A stretch of DNA of 64,000 nt from contig CAJXND010000002.1 of the NCBI GenBank assembly GCA_913056385.1, positions 47,108 through 111,107 of the forward strand. Direction: 5' to 3'. Source of the stretch: an uncultured Ectothiorhodospiraceae bacterium. GTDB lineage: Bacteria; Pseudomonadota; Gammaproteobacteria; Nitrococcales; Nitrococcaceae. This document shows, in pieces, positions 57,132 to 64,000 of the stretch (positions within the stretch are counted from its first letter, which is position 1; each line of letters starts with the position of its first letter). Both the position numbers and the translations under genes were made by a program. The notes beneath the pieces are model-generated. The model was given only the letters and a program-made list of their open reading frames with translations. It searched no databases and was not told the DNA's origin.

Positions 57132-58064
57132 GTGGCAGGCGTGCGGACCGAAACCGTTCCCGAGGAACTCGCGGGACAACGCATCGACAACTATCTGCTC
57201 CGGGTGCTCAAGGGCGTGCCCAAGACCCGGATCTACCGCCTGTTGCGACGGGGTGAAGTGAGAGTGAACGGCGGGCGGGTCCGACCGACGACGCGTCTGG
57301 GCGCCGGTGACCGGGTCCGCATCCCGCCGGTCCGCGAGGCCACCGGTGAAGAGGCGCTGAAGCCGTCCGCACAGGTCATGCAGCGACTCGAGGCGGCCAT
57401 CCTTCATGAGGACGAGCGGCTCCTTGTCATCGACAAGCCATCCGGGCTTGCCGTCCATGGGGGCTCGGGGATCGCCTATGGCGTGGTAGAAGCCCTGCGC
57501 CTGATGCGACCCCGGGCCGCCTTCCTCGATCTCGCCCATCGCCTCGACCGGGAGACCAGCGGTTGCCTGGTCCTGGCAAAGCGCCGCTCCACCCTGCGTG
57601 CCCTCCACACCGAGTTTCGCGAAGGCCGGGTCGACAAACGCTATCTTGCCCTGGTGCATGGGCGGTTCGACGCCGGCAGCCGACGGGTCGAGGCACGACT
57701 GCGCCCCGAGCCGGGAAAGGGCGGCGAGCGGGTCATGCGGGTGCACCCCGAGGGCCTGAGCGCGCGAACCGATTTCCGCTGTCTGCGGTCATACGATTCG
57801 TGGAGCCTGGTGGAAGCGGTGCTGCATACCGGGCGAATGCACCAGATTCGCGCCCATGCGGCCTCCATCGGCCATCCGGTGGCCATGGACCGTCGCTACG
57901 GTAGCGGTGCAGCCGACCGGGAGATCCGGGCGCTGGGCCTGCGTCGCCTGTTCCTGCATGCGGCGAATCTCGGCTTCGACGCGCCGCACTGCGGTCGGGT
58001 GGACGTCGAGGCGCCATTGCCGAGCGACCTTGCCGCGCTGCTTGAGCGCCTTGCCAACGACTGA
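57132..58064 (+). CDS. rluC: 23S rRNA pseudouridine(955/2504/2580) synthase RluC (start uncertain, GTG 57090/57132/57141)
   Basis: S4 GQRIDNYL..GVPKTRIYR, DKPSGLAVHGG, HRLDRETSG, TGRMHQIRAH; divergent from rne. Confidence 0.95.
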   Translation: MAGVRTETVPEELAGQRIDNYLLRVLKGVPKTRIYRLLRRGEVRVNGGRVRPTTRLGAGDRVRIPPVREATGEEALKPSAQVMQRLEAAILHEDERLLVIDKPSGLAVHGGSGIAYGVVEALRLMRPRAAFLDLAHRLDRETSGCLVLAKRRSTLRALHTEFREGRVDKRYLALVHGRFDAGSRRVEARLRPEPGKGGERVMRVHPEGLSARTDFRCLRSYDSWSLVEAVLHTGRMHQIRAHAASIGHPVAMDRRYGSGAADREIRALGLRRLFLHAANLGFDAPHCGRVDVEAPLPSDLAALLERLAND

Positions 58065-58100
58065 CCGACAATCCGTATGCCGCAGTGAGGAGTGAACCTG

Positions 58101-59045
58101 ATGGCTGACGAGGAGAAATGGGCCAGAGAAAGCCTGCGCGAGATTGCCCTCGAGGGCATACGCGAACGCCGCCGGGCCCGGCGATGGGCGATTTTCATGC
58201 GTCTGCTCTTCCTGGGGGTCATCGTCGCGTTGTTCTTCTTCACGCTGCGTCCCGGCCTGCAGATGGGGGACACCGCGATCAGTGGCGGACATACGGCCGT
58301 GGTGCAGATCAACGGCCCGATCATGGCCGGCCGTCCTGCGAATGCGGACCGCGTTATCCAGGGGCTGGAAGCGGCATTCGAATCCGAGGGCGCGCGCGGC
58401 GTGCTACTCGAGATCAACAGCCCGGGCGGTTCACCCGTTGCCTCGAGCCGGATCTATCAGGCCATTGACCGCCTGCGCGAGGCCCATCCGGACAAGCCGG
58501 TCCACGCCGTGGCCGGAGACATCATGGCCTCCGGGGCGTACTACGTCGCCGCCGCCGCCGATCAGATCCACGTCGACGGCGCCTCGATCATCGGTTCCAT
58601 CGGGGTCGTGAGCCGGGGTTTTGGATTGAATGATGCTATCCAGCGGCTGGGCATCGAGCGCCGCGTCTACACCGCCGGTGACGAAAAGGCCGGTATGGAT
58701 CCGTTCACGCCCCCCGAACCGGGCGAGGTGGAACGGCTGCAGGGCATGCTCGACGGGATTCACGACCAGTTCATCGCGGCCGTCCGAGAGGGGCGCGGCG
58801 ACCGGCTGACCGGCAACCCCGAGACGCTTTTCTCGGGGCGGGTATGGACCGGACGCCAGGGCATCGAGCAGGGTCTTGCGGACGGCTATGGCAGCCCCGA
58901 GAGCGTGGCCCGCGAGGTGATCGGGGCGCCCGAGCGGGTCAACTACACGCCGACGCGCGGCCTGCTGGATCGAGCGCTGGAGCAGGTCGGTCGTGCCGCA
59001 GCTGCCGCCTGGGTGGAGCTCCAGAGCCCACTCAACCTGCGGTGA
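58101..59045 (+). CDS. sppA: S49 family signal-peptide peptidase (short SppA)
   Basis: INSPGGSP, ASGAYY, SIIGSIGV, FSGRVWTG; GAGGAG RBS before ATG 58101. Confidence 0.92.
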   Translation: MADEEKWARESLREIALEGIRERRRARRWAIFMRLLFLGVIVALFFFTLRPGLQMGDTAISGGHTAVVQINGPIMAGRPANADRVIQGLEAAFESEGARGVLLEINSPGGSPVASSRIYQAIDRLREAHPDKPVHAVAGDIMASGAYYVAAAADQIHVDGASIIGSIGVVSRGFGLNDAIQRLGIERRVYTAGDEKAGMDPFTPPEPGEVERLQGMLDGIHDQFIAAVREGRGDRLTGNPETLFSGRVWTGRQGIEQGLADGYGSPESVAREVIGAPERVNYTPTRGLLDRALEQVGRAAAAAWVELQSPLNLR

Positions 59046-59624
59046 TCAGGGGCGAACGATGCCGATGCGGGCCAGGAGCCGGGTCAGGGCGATCAACGGC
59101 AGACCGATGATCGCATTCGGGTCATCGCTCTGTATGCGCTCAAACAACGCGATTCCCAGTCCCTCGGCGCGGAAGGCGCCGGCACAGTCGAGGGGCTTTT
59201 CCAGGTTCACGTAGCGCTCGATCGCACTGCGCTCCAGTCGCCGGAAGTGCACGTGGGTGGGCACCAGATCCACTTCGACATGGCCACTATCGGGATCGTA
59301 AACCGCAACGGCGGTGGAAAGGGTGACCCGTTGACCCGAGGCACCCGTCAATTGCTCGATGGCGCGTTCGATGCTTCCGGGCTTGCCAAGGATCTGCCCG
59401 CGGCACTCGCTGCACTGATCCGAGCCGATCACGACCCGCCCGGGAAATCGTTCGGCCACGGCCAGAGCTTTTTCGCCGGCAAGGCGGCGGACATACTGAT
59501 CGGCCGTCTCGTCCGGGGCGATTGATTCATCGATCTCCGGGGCGATCTGTTCGAAATCCAGTTGCAGACGATGCAGCAGCTCCGCCCGGTAGGGTGAGCT
59601 GGAGGCCAGTACGATTCCGGTCAT
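59046..59624 (-). CDS. maf: Maf-family nucleotide pyrophosphatase (YceF-like)
   Basis: VLASSSPYR, IDE, IGSDQ, LGKPG, CAGAF.AEGLG, IIGLPL. Confidence 0.94.
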   Translation of the reverse strand: MTGIVLASSSPYRAELLHRLQLDFEQIAPEIDESIAPDETADQYVRRLAGEKALAVAERFPGRVVIGSDQCSECRGQILGKPGSIERAIEQLTGASGQRVTLSTAVAVYDPDSGHVEVDLVPTHVHFRRLERSAIERYVNLEKPLDCAGAFRAEGLGIALFERIQSDDPNAIIGLPLIALTRLLARIGIVRP

Positions 59625-59709
59625 TGACATATCCCTCAACAGCGTTGGACCGATGGTCGGCACTTTCGCCGCGGGACGCAACGGAGCCGGCAATGCGGAT
59701 CCATGGCCT

Positions 59710-59738
59710 TTGACAGGAATCCGCCACCCGCCTAATAT
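59710..59738 (+). promoter_or_regulatory. Sigma70 promoter for yceD-rpmF
   Basis: TTGACA (59710-59715), 17 nt, TAATAT (59733-59738). Confidence 0.75.
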
Positions 59739-59747
59739 CCAGCGGTT

Positions 59748-60275
59748 ATGCAAGTGACTGAACTGCCGGCGCGAATCGAGCTGGATCGGCTCGCCCGCGG
59801 CTTCCACGAGTGGTCGGGATCACTGCCGGCGGGTGCCACGCCGCGGCTTGCCGAACTGCACGCGTCACTTGGCAGTGCCGAGGCATCGTTATCGGTGGAT
59901 ATCGGCGAGGGCCGCCCCCGTATCCGGGGCACCTGCCACGGCCGCGTCACGGTTCGGTGCGAGCGATGTCTGGAGCCGATGGAAGTGACCGTCGCGGGCG
60001 AATTCGCGCTGGTGGCTGTCGACCGAATCGAGGAGGCCGACGAGCTGGGCGCGGATGAGCCGGTCGTCGTTGCCTCGAGAGGGCAGCTTGACGTGTTGCC
60101 GATGGTAGAAGACGAGCTCATTCTGGGACTGCCGGTGGTATCGCGACACGAGCGCGCGGACTGCGATGGGGGTCAGCGGCACTTCGGACCGCCGGGTGAA
60201 TCGGAGCCCGCCAGAGACAATCCGTTCAAGGTGCTCGAATCGCTCCGAAAGGGCGGGTCGGGCGACGCCCACTAA
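59748..60275 (+). CDS. yceD: YceD/DUF177 family protein
   Basis: [32 protein letters not shown]; upstream of rpmF. Confidence 0.92.
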   Translation: MQVTELPARIELDRLARGFHEWSGSLPAGATPRLAELHASLGSAEASLSVDIGEGRPRIRGTCHGRVTVRCERCLEPMEVTVAGEFALVAVDRIEEADELGADEPVVVASRGQLDVLPMVEDELILGLPVVSRHERADCDGGQRHFGPPGESEPARDNPFKVLESLRKGGSGDAH

Positions 60276-60303
60276 TCGAGTCAGACAAAACGCAGGATCC
60301 ATC

Positions 60304-60483
60304 ATGGCCGTACAGAAATCGAAGAAGACCCCTTCCCGTCGCGGCATGCGCCGCAGCCACGATGCGCTCGAGGGCCCGACCCTGAGTGTAGACAGCACGA
60401 CCGGCGAGACCCATCGCCGGCACCACATTTCGGCGGATGGCTACTACCGTGGCCGGAAAGTGACCGCGGGCCGCGACGAGTAG
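60304..60483 (+). CDS. rpmF: 50S ribosomal protein L32
   Basis: [22 protein letters not shown]...[17 protein letters not shown]. Confidence 0.98.
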   Translation: MAVQKSKKTPSRRGMRRSHDALEGPTLSVDSTTGETHRRHHISADGYYRGRKVTAGRDE

Positions 60484-60505
60484 GCCATTGGCTGAATGGC
60501 CTGAA

Positions 60506-60541
60506 GGCCGCATCGGCTTCGTGCCGGTGCGGCCGTTGTTT
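60506..60541 (+). terminator. Intrinsic terminator after rpmF, preceded by an 8-bp hairpin at 60482-60502
   Basis: GGCCGCATCGGC-TTCGT-GCCGGTGCGGCC then GTTGTTT. Confidence 0.65.
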
Positions 60542-60564
60542 ATGGGCGGCACAAAGCGGCGGCT

Positions 60565-61593
60565 ATGACTCAACCCTGCACGCTCGCGATCGATGCGATG
60601 GGCGGCGATTACGGCCCATCGGTCACGGTGCCGGCCGCACAGGCGGTGTTACGGCGCCATCCGGGGCTCCGACTGATCCTGGTCGGCGAACAGGCCGCCC
60701 TGGAGTCCGCGCTGGCGGGAACGACGGCGGCGGAGCGACAGCGCCTGACGGTTCATCCCGCCTCCCAGGTGGTAGGCATGGACGAACCGCCATCGCAGGC
60801 GCTTCGATACAAACGCGATTCGTCGATGCGGGTGGCCATCAACCTGGTCAAGAGCGGTGAGGCCGATGCCTGCGTGAGTGCTGGCAATACCGGTGCGCTC
60901 ATGGCCACGGCGCGCTACGTCCTGAAAACGCTGCCGGGCATCGACCGGCCCGCCATCTGCACCACGATTCCCTGCCAGGGCGGGCATTTCCGCATGCTGG
61001 ATCTGGGGGCCAACGTCGACTGCACGGCGGAGCATCTCTTTCAGTTTGCCGTCATGGGCGCGGTCCTCGTGGAAGCCGCCGGGGACAGTGCCGACCCGCG
61101 CATCGGTCTGCTCAACCTCGGCGAGGAGGAGATCAAGGGCAACGATCAGGTAAAGCAGGCCGCCCAGCTGTTACAGGACAGCGACCTTCAGTATGTTGGC
61201 TACGTGGAGGGAGACAAAATGTTCCGGAACGTGGCCGATCTGGTGGTCTGCGACGGCTTCACCGGCAACGTCGCGCTGAAAAGCAGCGAGGGTGTTGCCG
61301 CGATGATCTCGCAGTTCCTCCGCGAGGAATTTCAGCGCAACGCGCTGACGCGGCTCGCCGGCCTGGTGGTCCTGCCGGTTCTCAGGGCACTGCGTCGACG
61401 CCTCGATCCGAGACGCTATAACGGGGCCAGTCTGCTGGGATTGCGGGGCGTGGTGGTGAAGAGCCACGGCGGCGCCGATCAGGTTGCCTTCGAGCAGGCC
61501 ATAGAGACTGGACGGGTCGAGGCCATGGAGACCATACCCACCCGCATCGACGCCCGTCTGGGCGAGCTCTTTGCCCGGGAGGCCGTCGAATGA
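60565..61593 (+). CDS. plsX: Phosphate acyltransferase PlsX
   Basis: [53 protein letters not shown]. Confidence 0.97.
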   Translation: MTQPCTLAIDAMGGDYGPSVTVPAAQAVLRRHPGLRLILVGEQAALESALAGTTAAERQRLTVHPASQVVGMDEPPSQALRYKRDSSMRVAINLVKSGEADACVSAGNTGALMATARYVLKTLPGIDRPAICTTIPCQGGHFRMLDLGANVDCTAEHLFQFAVMGAVLVEAAGDSADPRIGLLNLGEEEIKGNDQVKQAAQLLQDSDLQYVGYVEGDKMFRNVADLVVCDGFTGNVALKSSEGVAAMISQFLREEFQRNALTRLAGLVVLPVLRALRRRLDPRRYNGASLLGLRGVVVKSHGGADQVAFEQAIETGRVEAMETIPTRIDARLGELFAREAVE

Positions 61594-62561
61594 ACCGCTC
61601 ATGTATCGCGGGGACCGGTGGCTATCTCCCGGAACGGATCATGACCAATGCCGAGCTCGAGGCACTGGTCGACACCTCCGATGAGTGGATCCGCGAGCGC
61701 ACCGGCATCGCGCAGCGGCATATCGCCGCGCCCGAGCAGACCTGCTCCGATCTGGCCGGGGCCGCCGCGCACAAGGCACTCGCCAATGCGGGACTGGACG
61801 CCGGGGCGATCGACCTGGTGGTGGTGGCCACCTCAACGCCGGACCACGTCTTCCCCAGTACCGCCTGTCGGCTGGTCGAGCGTCTGGGCATGCCCTCGGG
61901 GGTCATCGCATTCGATGTTGCCGCGGCCTGCTCGGGATTCATCTACGCGCTGGATGTCGCCGACCGGTTCATTCGCACGGGCGGCGCATCACGGGCGCTG
62001 GTCATCGGCGCCGAGGTCTTCTCACGCATTCTCGACTGGCAGGATCGCGGCACCTGCGTGCTGTTCGGTGATGGCGCCGGCGCCGTTGTGCTGGAGGCCG
62101 GGGAGGAGCCCGGCGTCCTGTCCACCCATCTCCACGCCGATGGCCGGCAGACACCACTGCTTAATGTCCCCTGGGGCGTTTCCCAGGGATACGAACGCCT
62201 CGAGAACGAACGTGGCAAGGTCAGCATGCGCGGTAACGAAGTCTTCCGCGTCGCGGTCCGCACGCTGGGAGCGCTGGTGGATGAGACACTGGAGGCGAAC
62301 GGGCTGGCGCGTGGTGACGTCGACTGGCTCGTGCCCCACCAGGCGAATATCCGCATCATGATGGCCACGGCGCGCAAACTCGGCCTTCCTCCCTCGCGGA
62401 TGGTCAGCACCGTGGCCGAGCACGGCAATACCTCCGCGGCGTCGATACCCCTCGCGCTGGACCAGGCCGTCGGGGACGGACGGATCCGGCGCGGCGACCT
62501 GCTCCTCCTGGAGGCGTTCGGTGCCGGATTCACCTGGGGCTCGGCACTGATTCGTTACTGA
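61590..62561 (+). CDS. fabH: Beta-ketoacyl-ACP synthase III
   Basis: [44 protein letters not shown]. Confidence 0.97.
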   Translation: MNRSCIAGTGGYLPERIMTNAELEALVDTSDEWIRERTGIAQRHIAAPEQTCSDLAGAAAHKALANAGLDAGAIDLVVVATSTPDHVFPSTACRLVERLGMPSGVIAFDVAAACSGFIYALDVADRFIRTGGASRALVIGAEVFSRILDWQDRGTCVLFGDGAGAVVLEAGEEPGVLSTHLHADGRQTPLLNVPWGVSQGYERLENERGKVSMRGNEVFRVAVRTLGALVDETLEANGLARGDVDWLVPHQANIRIMMATARKLGLPPSRMVSTVAEHGNTSAASIPLALDQAVGDGRIRRGDLLLLEAFGAGFTWGSALIRY

Positions 62562-62573
62562 ACGGAACCGGCA

Positions 62574-63524
62574 ATGAAAAAACGCACAGATCTCGCTTTC
62601 CTCTTTCCCGGGCAGGGTTCGCAGTCGATCGGCATGCTCAGCGAGCTGGCCGAGCGCCATGCGGTGGTGCAGAAGACCTTCATCGAGGCTTCCTCCGCGC
62701 TGGGGGAAGATCTCTGGCAACTCGCCAGCTCAGGCCCGGAATCCCTGCTCAATCGCACCGATCACACCCAGCCGCTCATGCTGACCGCCGGCATCGCGGT
62801 CTGGCGGGCCTGGTGTGAGGGTGGCGGGGCAATGCCGAACCGGATGGCAGGGCACAGCCTTGGCGAGTACACGGCCCTCGTGGCCGCCGGGGCCCTGGAT
62901 TTCCCGGTCGCCGTGGAGCTGGTCCGCGACCGCGGCCGCTACATGCAGGCCGCCGTCGCGGAGGGGGAGGGCGCGATCGCCGCAGTCCTCGGCATGGACG
63001 ATTCCAGTCTGGCCACCCTCTGCGAGGCCAACGCCGGCGAAGGGGTTGTCGAGCCCGTCAACTACAACGCACCGGGCCAGACGGTGATCGCCGGTCACCG
63101 GGGTGCGGTCGAGCGTACACTGGCCGCCGCCCGCGAGGCCGGCGCGAAAAGGGCGGTGATGCTGCCCATGAGTGTCCCCGCGCATTGCTCTCTGATGGTG
63201 CCGGCGGCGGAACAACTGGCGGCTCGGCTTGCGGATGTTCCGCTGCGTGAGCCCGACATTCCCGTCATCCACAATGTGGACGTCACGCTGAGTGGCAGTC
63301 CAGATGCCATTCGTCAACGGCTGGTCGCTCAGGTCGAATCACCGGTGCGCTGGACCGAGTGCATCCAGGCGCTGGCCGCGGATGGCATCCAGGAAGCGGT
63401 GGAGTGCGGCCCGGGTCGAGTGCTCGCCGGTCTCAACCGGCGCATCGACCGGCGCATGAATATCCAGGCGATCCACGATCCGGACTCGCTGGCCAAGGCT
63501 TTGAATACCCTGGAGGTCGAATGA
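62574..63524 (+). CDS. fabD: Malonyl-CoA-ACP transacylase
   Basis: FPGQGSQ, TQP, GHSLGEY, NYN..QTVIAG, SVPAHC, PVRW. Confidence 0.97.
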   Translation: MKKRTDLAFLFPGQGSQSIGMLSELAERHAVVQKTFIEASSALGEDLWQLASSGPESLLNRTDHTQPLMLTAGIAVWRAWCEGGGAMPNRMAGHSLGEYTALVAAGALDFPVAVELVRDRGRYMQAAVAEGEGAIAAVLGMDDSSLATLCEANAGEGVVEPVNYNAPGQTVIAGHRGAVERTLAAAREAGAKRAVMLPMSVPAHCSLMVPAAEQLAARLADVPLREPDIPVIHNVDVTLSGSPDAIRQRLVAQVESPVRWTECIQALAADGIQEAVECGPGRVLAGLNRRIDRRMNIQAIHDPDSLAKALNTLEVE

Positions 63525-64000
63525 ATCTGCAGCTTGATGGCGAGATCGCCCTGGTGACCGGCGCGAGCCGCGGTATCGGGGCCGCAATCGCGCAGCGGCT
63601 GGGGCGCAGTGGCGCGACGGTCATCGGCACGGCGACCAGCGACAGCGGGGCCGAGCGCATCGGCCAGTCACTGGCGGAGGCCGGCATCACCGGACGCGGC
63701 ATTCAGCTCGACGTGCGTGACGCCGAACAGATCCCGGCGCTGGTAGCCGACATCGCCGCCGGCGAGGGTTCCCCCTCCATCCTGGTCAACAATGCCGGCA
63801 TCACGCGGGACAACCTGGCCATGCGCATGGGCGACGACGACTGGGACAGCGTCATCGAGACCAATCTCAGCGCGGTTTTCCGCGTATCCCGTGCGGTACT
63901 CCGGGGGATGATGAAGGCGCGGCATGGTCGCATTATCAACATCGGCTCGGTGGTCGGGCTCATGGGTAATGCCGGTCAGACGAACTACGCCGCCGCCAAG
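63521..64000 (+). CDS. fabG: 3-oxoacyl-ACP reductase (partial; runs off window end)
   Basis: MNLQLDGEIALVTGASRGIG, NNAGITRDNL, IGSVVGLMGNAGQTNYAAAK; follows fabD. Confidence 0.96.
   Translation, partial: MNLQLDGEIALVTGASRGIGAAIAQRLGRSGATVIGTATSDSGAERIGQSLAEAGITGRGIQLDVRDAEQIPALVADIAAGEGSPSILVNNAGITRDNLAMRMGDDDWDSVIETNLSAVFRVSRAVLRGMMKARHGRIINIGSVVGLMGNAGQTNYAAAK

Overview
High-GC, tightly packed gammaproteobacterial chromosome segment. Gene content, gene order and acidic proteins suggest a halophilic Ectothiorhodospiraceae member such as Spiribacter, but this is inference. About 85% is core housekeeping DNA: ispD-ispF-truD/surE-pcm-yqaA-nlpD, alaC-hom-thrC-recJ, prc, pyrD, dusA, tatD, thiD, ispG, mazG, moaC, gpmA, nagZ-hpt, mfd, lolC/E-lolD-comEC-exbBD-msbA-lpxK-kdsB, rne-rluC-sppA-maf-yceD-rpmF-plsX-fabH-fabD-fabG. 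I saw no integrase, transposase, phage gene or CRISPR array. The main accessory block is a 7.4 kb operon between kdsB and rne (46736-54114): a GbuR/GpuR-like LysR regulator, a TauABC/NitT-type ABC importer, a creatininase-clade amidohydrolase with an altered substrate pocket, two tandem SDRs and a guanidinopropionase (GpuA)-like ureohydrolase. It looks like an uncharacterised catabolic pathway for a cyclic guanidine other than creatinine and is my best candidate for an undescribed system. Other notable items: tRNA-Ser(TGA) followed by a 179-bp-period RtT-like repeat that regenerates the tRNA's last 19 nt; an OprI/Lpp-like lipoprotein flanked by putative attaching (ErfK/YbiS) and detaching (YafK/DpaA-like) YkuD enzymes; an IscR paralogue lacking its Fe-S ligands, upstream of a 7Fe ferredoxin; a CxxCxxxCxxH insertion in threonine synthase; an ElsL-like enzyme coupled to nagZ; and an orphan ParA coupled to DUF6231. 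Family assignments rest on motifs read in the translations and on recalled reference sequences. No database search was run.
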